From Squalus acanthias (lineage: Eukaryota), in contig CM059438.1 of the NCBI GenBank assembly GCA_030390025.1, positions 68,822,001-68,886,000 on the forward strand: DNA of 64,000 bases, written 5' to 3'. A model generated the notes under the pieces. The model did no database searches. It had not been told where the DNA came from and saw only the letters and a program-made list of their open reading frames with translations. A program made the translations under genes and the position numbers. Below are positions 21,267 to 34,850 of this stretch, piece after piece (positions within the stretch are counted from its first letter, which is position 1; each line of letters starts with the position of its first letter).

Positions 21267-24075
21267 AGACTAACCAGAATGATATCTGGACTCCAAGGGT
21301 TAAATTACGAGGAGAGATTACACAAACTAGGGTTGTATTCCCTGGAATTTAAAAGGTTATGGGGTGATTTGATTGACGTTTTCAAGATATTAAGGGGAAC
21401 TGATAGGGTAGATAGAGGGGTTAATTAATAATCTTGTTCTGCAGGGTACTTTAGGGAAGAGTGACCATAACATGTTAGAATTCTTCATTAAGATGGAAAG
21501 TGAAGTAGTCAATCCGAAACTGGGGTCCTAAATCTAAACAAAGGAAATTACGAAGGTATGAGGAGGGGGTTGGCTATGATAGATTGGGGAGCTTTATTAA
21601 AAAGCATGATGGTGGGTAGGCAATGGCTTCAAATTAAGGAAAGAATGCATGAATTGCAACAGTTATATATTCCTTTCTGGTGCAAAAACACAAAAGGAAA
21701 AGCAGCCCAACTGTGGCTAACAAAGGAAATGAAGGATAGTATTAGATCCAAAGAGGAGTCATATAAAGTTGCAAGAAAAAGTAGCAAGCCTGAGGATTGG
21801 GAGCAGTTTAGAATTCAGCAAAATAGGACCAAGAGATTGATTAAGAGGGGAAAAATAGAGTATGAGAGTAAACTTGCCAGGAACATAAAAATGGACTGTA
21901 AAAGCTTCTACAAGTATGTAAAAAGAAAAAGATTAGTTAAGACAAATGTAGGTCCCTTACAGTCAGAAACAGGAGAATTTATAATGGGGAACAAGGAAAT
22001 GGCTGAACAATTAAACAAATACTTTGGTTCTGTCTTCACAGAAGAGGACACAAATAACTTCCCACAAATGCTAAGGAACCAAGGGTCTAGTGAGAAGGCA
22101 GAATTAAAGGAAATTAGTACTAGTAAAAAAAAAAAATAGTGCTGGAGAAATTAATGGGACTGAAAGCTGATAAATCCCCAGGGCCTGATAGTCTGCATCC
22201 CAGAGTACTAAAAGAGGTAGCCATGGAAATAGTGGATGCATTGGTTGTCATCTTCCAAAATTCTATAGATTATGGAACAGTTCCTGCAGATTGGAGAGTG
22301 GCAAATGTAACCCCACTATTTCAAAAAGGAGGGAGAGAGAAAACAGGGAACTACAGACCGGTTAGCCTAACATCAGTAGTAGGAAAAATGCTAGAGTCTA
22401 TTCTAAAGGATGTGATAACAGGACACTTAAAATATCAACGGGATTAGACAAAGTCAACATGGATTTATGAAAGGGAAATCGTGTTTGACAAACCTACTGG
22501 AGTTTTTTGAGGATGTAACTGGTAGAATAGATAAGGGAGAACCAGTGGATGTGGTGTATTTAGATTTTCAGAAGGCCTTTGATAAAGTCCCACATAAGAG
22601 GTTAGTGTGCAAAATTAAAGCACATGGGATTGGGGGTAATATACTGGCATGGATTGAAAATTGGTTAACAGACAGGAAACAGAGAGTAGGAATAAATGGG
22701 TCTTTTTCGGGGTGGCGGGCGGTGACGAGTGGGGTACCGCAGGGATTAGTGCTTGGGCCCCAGCTATTCACAATATATATCAATGATTTGGATGAGGGAA
22801 CCAAATGTAATATTTCCAAGTTTGCTGACGACACGAAACTAGGTGGGATTGTGAGTTGTGAGGAGGATGCAAAGAGGCTTCAAGGCGATTTAGACAAGTT
22901 GAGTGAGTGGGCAAATACATGGCAGATGCAGTATAACGTGGATAAATGTGAACTTATCCACTTCGGTAGGAAAAACAGAAAGGCAGAGTATTATTTAAGT
23001 GATGATAGATTGGGAAATGTTGATGTACAAAGGGACCTGGGTGTCCTTGTACACCAGTCACTGAAAGCAAACATGCAGGTGCAGCAAGCAGTTAGGAAGG
23101 CAAGTGGTATGTTGACCTTCATTGCAAGAGGATTTAAGTACAGGAGCAAGGATGTCTTACTACAGTTATACAGGGCCTTGGTGAGACCACATCTGGAGTA
23201 CTGTATGCAGTTTTGGTCTCCTTAACCAAGAAAGGATATACTTGCCATAGAGGGAGTGCAGCGAAGGTTCACCAGACTGATTCCTGGGATGGCAGGACTG
23301 TCGTATGAGGAGAGATTGGGTCGACTGGGCCTGTATTCACTAGAGTTTAGAAGAATGAGAGGGGATCTCATTGAAACGTATAAAATTCTGACAGGGCTAG
23401 ACAGACTGGATGCAGGGAGGATGTTTCCCCTGGCTGGGGGCTCCAGAACAAGTGGTCACAGTCTCAGGATACGGGGTAGCACATTTAGGACTGAGATGAG
23501 GTGAAATTTCTTTACTCAGAGGGTGGTGAACCTGTGGAATTCTCTACTACAGAAGGCTGTGGAGGCCAAGTCACTAAATATATTTAAGAAGGAGATAGAT
23601 AGATTTCTAGACGCAAAAGGCGTCAAGGGGTATGGGGAAGAGAGCGGGAATATGGTTTTGAGATAGAGGATCAGCCATGATCATATTGAATGGCGGAGCA
23701 GGCTCGAAATGCCGAATGGCCTACTCCTGCTCCTATTTTTCTATGTTTCTAAACTATTTCCGCTAGTTGGAGAGTCTAGGACTAGGGGGCATAGTCTAAA
23801 AATTAGAGCCAGGCCTTTCAGGAGTGAAGTTAGGAAACACTTCTACACACAAAGGGTGGTAGAATTTTGGAACTCTCTTCCGCAAATGGCAACTGATGCT
23901 AGGTCAGTTGTTAACTTTAAATTGAGATTCATAGATTTTTGTTTACCATGGCTATTAAGGGATATGGGCCAAAGGCAGGTATATGGAGTTTGGTCACAGA
24001 TCAGCCATGATCTCATTGAATGGCAGAACAGGCTCGAGGGGTTACTTGGCCTGCTCCTGTTCCTATTTTCCTATG
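21267..24075 (+). mobile_element. Older CR1 3' fragment (21267-21420 and 23750-24075) split by a younger CR1
   Basis: ..GATAGGGTAGATAGAGGGG | AAACTATTTCCGCTAG.. is continuous CR1 ORF2 C-terminal sequence (DRVDR.KLFPL). Confidence 0.8.
21421..23749 (+). mobile_element. CR1 LINE, 5'-truncated 2.3 kb, ORF2/RT pseudogene
   Basis: [37 protein letters not shown] and LVRPHLEYC motifs split by frameshifts and stops; tail CTCCTATTTTTCTATGTTTCT. Confidence 0.95.
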
Positions 24076-25419
24076 TACTTCAGAATTTTTTTTGAGAAGT
24101 TAGGTAGTGCAATGTTCACATTTATTCCATTTCGTGCTGGGCTCCCTCAATTATAGAGGGTAATTAGCTATGCATAATGCGGCTTGAAATGAAGATACAT
24201 AATTGCTCTTTTAAAGACTGTCATTGTAATGAATTGAAAATGACCCTATAATACTTAAGATTTGCTCTGAACTCTACCATTTCCTAATAACCTGACAACT
24301 ATCTGAAACAGATCATTAAATTTGACCTTTTTCTTAACTTTGTATTGAAAGAACATATGCAATAACTTTTAATCCTGGCAAAATCAGCCTAACCATCTGA
24401 TGCCAATTTAAATGACTCACAGTCAAATAATACGTTATCAAGTGTATAATGGTATGATTCTCTTTTTTTGCTACAATTGCACTACATTGCTGTTGCTTCT
24501 AAAAATAAAGAAGTTAGCTGTTGCCGAAACTTGTTCTTGGTGAGAAACAGATTCATTGTTCTCTGTAAGACCAGACCTTTTGATGTCGCTGCGTTGTTCC
24601 TACGACCTTGACTGTAGTCTCCGGTATGTCCCACCTTGCTATGTCAATGCACAAAAATAAACAACACAATCCCTGCAGCAAAGTCTGGCCAGCTCTTTTG
24701 AAATGGGCAACAAATGAAGAATGAATTTTGCACCGTTAAAGTTTTCATTTCTTGCTTGCGTTTAATTTTGCTCTCCCTATCATTGTCCAGGTGTGGCTTA
24801 AAAAAACTCAGCTGGATTAACGAATATATTTGCTGCACAAGATCTGATGGAATCGTTTGACCAACCCGTTGCCTGAAACCGGTACTTATCTGAGTGATTT
24901 TGTGTAGTTTTGTTTGAAAATGAATGTTTTCGAATGGTTCTTATGAAAAATAATTGTTTTATCTAATAGTCAATTTTCATTTGCTTTTCTGTGACAGGCT
25001 GAACCTGTTGTGTTTTGTGCAAAGTTTTGCTGGCATCCCCAATTATACATACTGCAGGAAAATATTTTTCTTCTGGAAGGGAACCAAAATTATTTATGAA
25101 CATCAAATCCTACAGTCCCTTGTGTTTGAATTACACTATTGATTTCAAATCAGTATTTCTGCAGTTATTTGCTTATATTACAATATTTAAAATGTCAGTG
25201 AGCGCTCAGACTTCCAGATTAGTTTACATACTGTCAGACTCTGGATGGTAACTAGATAAGAAAGCTTGGGGAAGCCAATTGTTGCACATTGTACAGGCAC
25301 AAAGAGTCAAACACCTGAGTTCCAAGAACATATTGCACAATCGACCGGGAACGGTAGCATAGTGGTAATGTTACTGGACTAGTAATCCAGAGGCCTGAAT
25401 TTAATAATCTGGTGACAAA

Positions 25420-26195
25420 GAGCTGGATTTTACCAATGCGGAGCTTTTGGAGGCGGGTCTCCCACTTGTCGGGTTTTAGTCCCGCCTCCATCAACTTCTG
25501 GCCAACCCACGCTATTTTCCCTTGATTGACCTTGTTAAGCCCGCCCAGCGGACTTAGCAGGCCAATTAAGGGAAAGCCGGTTACAGAGAACGACATGAAT
25601 TGTCTTCGTTTGACAGCTCTGTGAAGCTGACATTTTCTGTAGTTTGATGAGTTCTTGAATTCAAGACTCATCAGACCTTTTTATTTAGCAGAAATTAGAT
25701 GGTTGCCGTATTGGAGAATGCAACGGCCATCTGTCATCTCTGCCGCAGAGATGCGAGACTCTCCACATCCCCAACTCTTGAAGCCTGCAGGAAGAAACAA
25801 AGGTAAGTAAATTTTTACTAACACTTTCCACTTACTTCACATACTCACCTCTCCACACTTGCACCCATCACTTACCTTCACAGCGCACTTCTGCACCCCT
25901 CCGACCCCCGCAGACCCACTGCTCGCCTCGGTGACCCTGGCAGGGTTCACAGCCTTCGGGAAGCCTGCACTTGTGTGGGTAAAATGGGGATAATCTGCTA
26001 TCTGCCTGTTAACTACCTGATAAGTGGCACTAATCCTCTTCCCGCCTCAAGAAGACGGGACCCGGCGCGGGTCGGCTACCTGCCTCCTGGCAAGATGGCT
26101 CGGGGGCGGGTTGGGCACCCGTCCCCAGATTTTGCAATTTTCCCAGGCAGTCCCGGCTCCATACCCGCCTCCCCAGGGCTGGCAAGATCGCACCC
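25420..26195. mobile_element. Harbinger MITE (left member of inverted pair)
   Basis: Ends GAGCTGGATTTT and AAGATCGCACCC; inverted homologue of 26199-27017. Confidence 0.8.
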
Positions 26196-26198
26196 GTA

Positions 26199-27017
26199 GG
26201 GCTCAATTTTCACCGGCCCGTGGAGACGGGAGTGGTGTGAAAATAGCAGATTCCCATCCCACCCCCAACCCGCCTCCATGCCAGTTTCCCAGGAGGCAGG
26301 TACCCGACCTGTGCTGGGACCCGCCTCCCCGAGGCGGGAAGGGGATTAGTGCCAATAAACTACCTGTTAACAGGTAGTTAACAGGCAGTTTTTTGCCTAA
26401 TCCCTATTTTTAGCCCTGAAGTGTGGGCTTCCCGACAGGTCCGAACCACGCCGATTTAGCGAGGCGGACCGTCGGTCTGGAGGGCTTGGAGAGGTCGAGA
26501 TGTCCAGTGTACAGGTGAGTGATGGGTGCATGAGTGCAGAGGTAAGTGTGTTTGGTGTGTGTAAAGTTTTTTAAGAACTTTTACTTACCTTTACTTTGTC
26601 CTGCAGGCTATCTTCCTTAAGGTGTCGGGAGTCCCTCACATCCACGGTACAGAAAGCAGAATGGCCGCGGAGCTGTCAAAAGCTGCAGTCTCTGCTTTCT
26701 GTGCTGGATTGATTTCTAACTGAGTCTAAGTACAGGGACTCACGTTAGAAATCATATTGTCAGTGTTTGACAGCTTCACAGAGCTGTCAAACGCTGAAAT
26801 TTCATCTGTCAAAAGCTCTTGACAGATGAAATTTCAATGGCTGACATCACCTGTATCCAAGGGACCCTTGATTGGCCTGCTAAGCCCGCTGGGCGGGCTT
26901 AACAAGGTCAATCAAGGGAAAATACAGTGGGTTGGCCACAAGTCGATGGAGGCGGGACTACAACCCAAAAAGTGGGAGTCCCGCCTCCATCAATTCCCCA
27001 TTGACAAAATCCAGCCC
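26199..27017. mobile_element. Harbinger MITE (right member of inverted pair)
   Basis: Ends GGGCTCAATTTT and AAAATCCAGCCC, flanked by GTA/GCA (near-TSD). The right end is identical to the element D right TIR. Confidence 0.85.
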
Positions 27018-29076
27018 GCAGAGTTCAAATCCCACCATGGCAGCTGGGGAATTTAAATTCAGTTAATTAAATAAATCAGGAATTTAAAAAAAATAGCTAG
27101 TATCAGTAATGGTGACCATGAAACTATCGGATTGTCGTAAAAACCCATCTGGTTCACTAATGCCCCTTTAGGGAAGAAAATCTGCTGCCCTTACCCGGTC
27201 TGGCCTATATGTGACTCCAGACCCACAGCAATGTGGTTGACTCTTAACTGCCCTGTGAAATGGCCTAGCAAGCCACTCAAGGACAATTAGGGATGGGCAA
27301 TAATAAATGCTGGCCTTGCCAGTGATGCCCATGAACAAATATAAAAAATGTAGTTTGAGCACTGATGGAGGTTGGACAAAAATGGGATTTGTCACCCAGG
27401 TTTTTTTCTTATTTTTGCCTCATCCAAAAAGGCAGTTTTCAAACACCGCATTTAGAATGGAGGTCGCACTGCAGACGAGAACTCCAGGTTATTGCCACAG
27501 TACCACCTCGAAGGGAACAAAGTTGCTGATGTGTTAATGTGTTCATTTAGGATTGGCTGTGGGAAGAAGACTTCTCGCTTTGGTTTAGGAATAAAATCAT
27601 TGCCGGTAAAGGCGCTTTAAATAAGCTATGAATGAAATGTGACGAACATCTAAAGTGGGTTGAAAATGGTGTCAAAATTGACTAACCCAGTGACATATAT
27701 TTGCATTGTTGCATCACACCCCTCCTGTGTGGTAGTCCACATGCCTTGACATTTATAGCTTGTAAATATTATGCAGCTGACTTGCAAAGTCAGTGCCTGT
27801 TCTTGAAAGGATATCCAAGTACATAAATTCAGAACATTTTGTGTGTTACTGTAACAGTTTAGGTAATCTTGTGATATAGCAAAGCCAATTATGCTCTGTA
27901 AGTTTACACTTACGCAATTCTTAATGTGTTCTATTTTCATTGAGCGAGAAATTTACTTATTTCCTTCTGATAAGTTCTTCATCTCCAATTCCTCGACAAA
28001 AATTCAAAGGGCTTTGTCTGATCTGATTTATTTGATTAACCTCTTGTGTACTGTTTGCAGACTTGTGGCTCGGTATTGAATTGAAATGCCGAACAGCTCA
28101 CTGTACTGCTTGCTTGTGTAAATCACTCTTCTTTATGAATAAAACTTGTTGATTTGCATCTTCAGAAGATGAAATGTGGTGGAACCCTATTTTTAGTCAG
28201 AGGACTACCACATGATACTGACATTTCTGGATGTGGTATGACTCTTTCTCCATATCTCAATTTACTGATGAGGCTTAGACTTATCTTGCTAATGTAACAT
28301 TAGTGCAGTTTAATCATTTAGTCTCGGGTGAAGTCCAAGTAAAAGTAACGTGTCTGGTTATAACTTGCCACAGTCATCACTACACTCTTCGGCTTAATTT
28401 TTGCCTTCTGGCTCCCTCAGATTTGCCCGGTGCAGAAAAATTGTCACTGTATGAATGAGGCTTTGATTCACTAGGAAACGCCTTCTTAGGAGCAACTTTA
28501 TTTCTTTTATTTGATCTAAAAGTTGTACTTCTTTGCTGGCTGTAAGCATACCAACACTTCATGCCTTCGATCGTCTCCTCTGAGCCTCAACAATTTTAGT
28601 TCTGTTAATGCTATATCTTATTCATTGATTATCACTTGTTTTTTTAAGTTCGAAGATGTAAACATTCTAATTAGCTGTTAGACATGAGCGAGTATCTCAG
28701 AGTAAGACAGAGACAGAGCTATATGCCCAGCAACTAATTGCAAAACACCAAATTCTATATTTGCATAGACCCCTTAAAGTTACAAAGCAGTCCTACCTGA
28801 AATTAGATCCCCCCCCCCCCCCCCCCCCCACTCCCCCCATATCCAATGCTGTCAGGCACATGCCCTGCTCCATCCCTCAATGCTGACAGACACCAAGGAT
28901 ATCAAAATGAGCCAAATCTTACCATCTCCCCATTCCCCCACCCCCCCCCACCCTGCCATATCTCTGCCAAACCTCACTATCTACTCCCAATTCTGCCAAA
29001 CCTCAGGTTCCCTTGCCACAGTGATAGCATATTGAAGAACCTGCCTCCCATGCTGCCAAACTCCATCAACCCCACT

Positions 29077-29533
29077 GTGTCAGCCGTGGCTCAGTTGGTA
29101 GCACCATCGCCTCTGAGGTAGAAGGTTGTGGATTCAAGTCCCACTCCACGAGACTTGAACACAAAAATTTAGGCCAACACTCCAGTGCAGTGCTGAGGGA
29201 GTGGTGCACTGTCGGAGGTGCTGTCTTTCGGATGAGATGTTAAACTGAGACCATGTCCGCTCTCTCGTGTTAACGTAAAATATCCCATGGCACTATTTTG
29301 AAGAAGAGCAGGTGTTCTGGCCAATATTTATCTCTCAATCAGCATAACTAAAAAACAGATTATTTGGTCATTATCACATTGCTGTTTGTGGGAGCTTGCT
29401 GTGCGCAAGTGTCTGCCGCATTTCCTACATTACAACAGTGACTACACTTCAGAAGTACTTCATTGGCTGTAAAGCGCTATGGGACGTCCGGTGGTCATGA
29501 AAGGCGCTATATAAATGCAAGTCTTTCTTTCTT
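29077..29533 (+). mobile_element. DeuSINE-type SINE, full length
   Basis: Colinear with 5770-6236. Confidence 0.9.
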
Positions 29534-31723
29534 TATTACTGTCGAACATTAGTCCTTGCAAATCCCTGAACCATTCCCCAGTCTACCAAAGCCTAGGACC
29601 TTATTGCAGTGCAATGAAAGTGCAGGACTATCCCCAAGTGCAGCTAAACCCCATTCCCTCTCCCCATGATTGCTAAATATCTGTCGTCTACCTCGAACTT
29701 CTGCATCTTTCATATGATCTGGCTGTGTATTCACTGTGTTTAAATGGTAAGAAATAAAAATGAAGTACATAGGCAAAAGAATGTATATGATATATAGGCC
29801 ATTGATTTACACTATTCACTGAAGAATGGGAAAAGTTGTGAAATTTAGTCTCCAACTCATCAGTAAAAAATCTCAGAATACCATTTAATAAAAATTAAAT
29901 TTGACTAAATCAATCACTGTAAATCAGCGGTCCGGTTTTTATGCCCTATTTGGCACAAACACTGCGACTGTTCTAAAAGAGGGAATCCTCTGGCCCACTG
30001 TGAGCAATGCCACAGCAGCTGCTCTAGTTTTTCTTCATATTTTAGAATTTCTTTCTTCCCAAAGCAACAGGAAAGTACAAGTTTTTTGGGGGGGGATGAA
30101 CATGTCCAATCACAAATGGAGAATTCACTCACTGTTGTCTTCACCATTCCAGGCTGCAGGCAGCAAATTAGGAATTGTGCAGATTCCTTCCAAATGCTGT
30201 CCCCTCAAAACCCTCCCCCAGCCCCACGCCTACTAATGATACCGGTTTAGGAGATCGGGATGGATGTTCCCCCGGAAAATTTGGATTTTAACAATAAAAA
30301 TGGTGCATTTTGGTTAATCCTAAAAGAAGTGCCATTTGGGTCTTCAACAGACCAACTAACTCATTGCTTCCTTGTAATCTACTTCAACAGTCACTCTCCT
30401 CTCCAACCACCACCACAGGTCATAAACACTCTACCCCCAACAATTCCGAACAACATCTTGCAGACAGAGGCAATCTCTTTGGACCCAAGAGATACTGTAT
30501 CCCCTCCAACATCACTACTTGGTTCACAGGGGACACCCTCACCGTTGAACCCTACCAGGTCGTGCTGGCATCCTTTATCTTCCCCCCCACCCCACCTCAT
30601 TTCAATCAGACACTCTTCCTCCCTCCTCCTCAGTTCATTGGAACACACCCCTTCTACCCAATCCCAGTTAAAGTTGGTACTTTTCCCACCAACTTCATCT
30701 TGAATTGGATGCTGGCACTCTCCTCACCCAGCATGCTCCCAGGTTCTCCACTCTCTCATTCTTCAACATGAAAACTATTGAACATAGCTGCATGCCATGG
30801 GCCAGAATTCCTGATCTTACAGGAATACCCAGCGGTTGTATATAGTCTTGTTGAATCAACGCACTTTGAATTACTTCTGGGTTCCGAGGGTGGCACCGAG
30901 GAAGAAGGGAGCCTAGTCCTTGCGGGTTTTCGGCCGGGTGCTTGGACACGCAGGCTGTGACCATCAAAATGCTGACGGCCCATGTCAAACAAGGGTGGTT
31001 AGCAGGTACAGTGCAACACAAAGACATCCCATCCATACATTCAGAAGCTTGTTGTGTTATTTTTGAAGTTGCAACTCCATCTTGTACAGCGCTGTATTTA
31101 TTTTCTTGTGAACAAGAAAATCGATTTGGTGAACGGTCCACTGTGAACATTAAATGTCAATATTAAGTTTTATAGACGTCCCATATTTTCCAAAGCAGCT
31201 TGTGGCATGCAGGGATCATTTAAACTTAATCATTCTTTGACTCAGAAGGACAAAATGCTGCATTGTATGCCAATTGTGAATTGTATATTTCATGAGTGAT
31301 CACCTCAATCAGCCTTAATGGGTGTCCTGTTTCATGAAAAGGTTAAATGGTGCTGAAGTGTACATTGTTCTATTTCCATTCTTAAAATGTATGGGCTAGA
31401 AATTCATTATAGCCCAGGAATGGGCGGTATCATTAGAAAAGTTGGAGAATTAGCGCCAGGCGCAAAAGTCGTGCTCACTGCTCAAAGAAATGATTGGAGT
31501 GCTAATTCAAGTCTTTAAGCCCAAGCATAACATTCAAAGGATGGACCAATATCAGGTGCAGTCTAATCACAAGTCCTGATTGCCACAGGCTTTTTTCAGT
31601 TCTTAAAGAGGAGGTTAATTGATGCTGCAGAATCTAATTCTCAGCATTGCTGGTTGTGCAGCTGCCTAAGCAAGCAGCAGCAGGTCAAGGAGAAGGATCC
31701 GGAGGACTGAAGCAGCTGTACTC

Positions 31724-33561
31724 ATGGCAGATCCACGCCCCAGGGAGAGAACCTGCAGATTCTGCGACCAGGCATTGGAGGTGTTGGTCTTCGCTGTGGA
31801 GAGACGGAGGCCGGTGCTCTACATGGCGAGTGCCAGGAGGCCCTCGCCGCAAGTCTTCTGCACCATGTGGAGGGAGGTAACGCAGCACGTCTCGGGCAGC
31901 TCTGTGGTCCCCAGGACCCACACACAGTGCAAGAAGAAATTTAACGACCTCACTCGGGTGGTCAGGGTGAGTCAATGCTTCAACAAATGCTGCATGCCAC
32001 CATCTGAACCTCAGTCTGCACACACTGCCCAAAGCACCACACCCCCAGCACTCACCCACCAAAAATCCCTACCTACCAACACTCACACCCACATCTCACA
32101 CCTTGCACACAATGAGAGCTATTCAACTATAGTAGGCACACCACTCAAACACATTGCTCCACACTCACTCACACACTTTCCTTTCTCTTGCAGGCCAAGG
32201 TGGCTCACAACAGGAGGGAGCAGGAGCGCATGGGGGAGGGGGACAAGCCGACACCCAACCACTGTCTGAGCTGGAGAATAGAGTGCTGCAGATTATTGGG
32301 TGTCAGGTGGTGGGCGCCGTGGCCACCGGCGATGTTGACCCCCTTGGGGACAACAACGGTATGTTCATCCCTACTCCTTCTTCTCACATCCCACTTCCCT
32401 CTCACCCCACATGCGTTTCGCACTTTCCAGCTAATCATGCTGTATGCATGCATTTCTCCCTTCCTGTCCCCTTCCCCTCACCTTAACCTGACTCTTGTGC
32501 CTTTATGCTTTCAGATAACGAGCAAGCACCTGAGCAGCCTGTCCCTGAGGGCACAGTAGAGAGCGAGGGGGGAGAAGAGGAGGAGGAAGAACACACCGCG
32601 TCACTGCATGTCTCACCCACAGACACCAGCTCAGAAACTGGCACTACGAGTTCTTTAGAGGCTAGTATAGTAGCGGGATCTGCACAGGGTGAGGCACTGG
32701 GGATGAGTTAACTGCAGCTCGGCCAGGGGGAAAGGGTAGCTCAGGGGCCAGCTCCCCATAGCGCAAGTTCTGCTGCGCAGGACTCCGATGAGGACCTCGA
32801 TGGGGAGGCATTAAGAAGAAAGGTGATGGGCACGCACACGGAGATGATAGGTGCAATGGCAGGGGTGGCCGAGAGCCTCTCGGCAATGATGAGGAGCGTG
32901 GCGGAGTCCGCCTCCAACATTGCACAAGGCTCTGCGCACACCATGGAGCCCATCATTTCCAGTCTGCAAAGGATGGTGGACTCCCAGAGAGACCGTGGTG
33001 ACCCAGACCTTTTGACGCGTGTGATGGTCGATCTGGCAGCTTCCATTGCAGCACAGGCGGAAGGGACACAATGTCTTAGTGCTGTAATGCAGTCTATGCT
33101 TGGTGGCATCCAACCTCAGACTGCTCTCATGTAGTCTCAGCTTGATACCACGCAATCTCTGACTGCTACCATTGCGGCTGGGTCTACCACCGTTGACCGG
33201 GGCTTTCACGGTGTCACAGCAGGCCAGCAACAGATTGCTAGGGATGCTGAGGTGCTGCCCCGGGGGAGTGGCAGTGGGTCAGTGGAGCAGGAACCTGCTG
33301 TCCTCTCTCAGAATGACATTATTCCTGCTCCCACCACTGCCACTCCACCATTGCCCTTGCTGATGCCTGTCATCCAGCCAGCCCAGACTGCCGCCCATGC
33401 TGAGGAGGTGTCCTGCAAGACCATCTGAAGTCTCCCGCACGGACACTCAGCAGCCTTCCACCAGCTCTGCTGCAGCCACTGGGCCAACACTTCGTAGGAG
33501 CACTAGAGTAGGCAAAGGCACAGTAACGAGAGGCACTTGGGGATTGCACAAGGGTGAATAG
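31724..33561 (+). pseudogene. Myb/SANT gene of element B (exons 31724-31966, 32194-32358, 32515-about 33561), disrupted
   Basis: PRTHTQCKKKFNDLTRVVR|GTGAGT, same intron positions as A; frameshift in exon 2 and stops at about 32709, 32758 and 33132. Confidence 0.88.
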
Positions 33562-33729
33562 TTAATATTATTGTTGTAAATATGTGTTCACTGGTTTCTG
33601 ATAAATTTATTAATTCAGTTTGGATTCTTTTGTGGTGTCTCTCATTTCAGATTTGCGTTGTGATATGGCCTACGACAGGGGACAGGGATGGAATGATGGG
33701 GATGTGGTGAGCAATGGGGATCTGGGGTT

Positions 33730-34850
33730 TAATTCATTCGAACTGCAGTCTGATGAGGTGGTCACGGACCGCCCTTTCGAAGGCCGATTGAGTGGCTGCC
33801 TCCACCCTCATTCCTGTTCCTCATCCTCCTCCTCTTCCTCCTCGTCTTCCTCCTCCTCCTCTCTCTTTTTCTCCTCTTGAGGTGGCCTGGTGGCAAGGGC
33901 TGGGCCCTCATGATGGCCAAGTTGTGGAGCATGCAGCAGACCACCACGAAATGGGACACCTGCTCAGCCAAGTACTGGACGGCTCCTCCTAAGTGGTCAA
34001 GGCAGCGGAACCATTGCTTCAGCAGGCCGATGGTCTGCTTGATGATGTTACTGGTGGCAGCATGGCTCTCATTATATGAGTGCTGGGCAGGAGTGTTGGG
34101 GTTGCGGAGGGAAGTCATGAGCCAGGTGGAGAGCAGATAGCCCTGGTCTCCCAGCAGCCGCGAGCTTGACGTGGTGGCTGGAAGAGTGCTGGCACACCGG
34201 TCTGGCGCAGGAAGAAGGTATCGTGGCTGCTGCCAGGATAGTGGGCATTGACACTGAGGATTAGCTGTCTGTGGTCGCACACCAACTGCACATTAGTGAG
34301 TGGTAGCCTTTGTGGTTACGGAAGATCTCAGGATTGTTATGCAGTGCCCACAAAGCCACGTGGGTGTAGTCAATGGCGCCCTGAAGTCACATGCACACTT
34401 GTCCTGCTTCTCTCTGGTGATGGGAAAGGAAATGTAGTCCCTTCTCTTACTGTAGAGAGCCTCTGTGACCTCCCAGATGCAGCGATGGACGGCGAACTGC
34501 GAGATGTTAGCTATGTCTCCTGTTGCAAACTGGAAGGATCCACTGGCGAAGAAATTGAAGGCGGCGGTGACCTTGACTGCCACTGAGAGAGCCGTGGTCG
34601 CCATGATCTGAGGTTGGAGGTCTGGTTGCAGGAGGTGGCAGAGTTCTGTGACCACCTCTTTGGTGAAGTGGAGCCTTCTAATACACTGCTCCTTGCTTAA
34701 TTGGAGGTAGGAGAAGTGCTCTCAGAATACCCTCGGAGGGTAAGGCCTCCTGTTGAGAGCCCTGATGGACTTCCACCTCCGACTGGCCACATGTTCCAAT
34801 CTTTCTTGCTGCCTCCGTTCCCTCCACTGTCGATCCTGGAGGGCGAGGTC
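33730..34850 (-). pseudogene. Harbinger transposase pseudogene of element B
   Basis: VTELCHLLQPDLQPQ, GDQGYLLSTWLMT and VVVCCMLHNLAI closely match A, with deletions, frameshifts and E->K at the catalytic Glu (NIIKQT). Confidence 0.9.

Larger units (their letters stand above)
25350..27340 (+). mobile_element. SINE family B split by a MITE pair (25350-25419 and 27018-27340)
   Basis: Head GGTAGCATAGTGGTAATG.. continues at GAGTTCAAATCCCACCATGG.. after the insert and runs to the family B tail. Confidence 0.85.

Noticed and set aside
21558..23504. Functional reverse transcriptase, retron or group II intron
   Set aside because: CR1 ORF2 motifs broken by frameshifts and stops, 5'-truncated, with a CR1 tail.
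28800..29070. Pro-rich ORF 28846-29121
   Set aside because: Low-complexity C-rich tract running into a SINE head.
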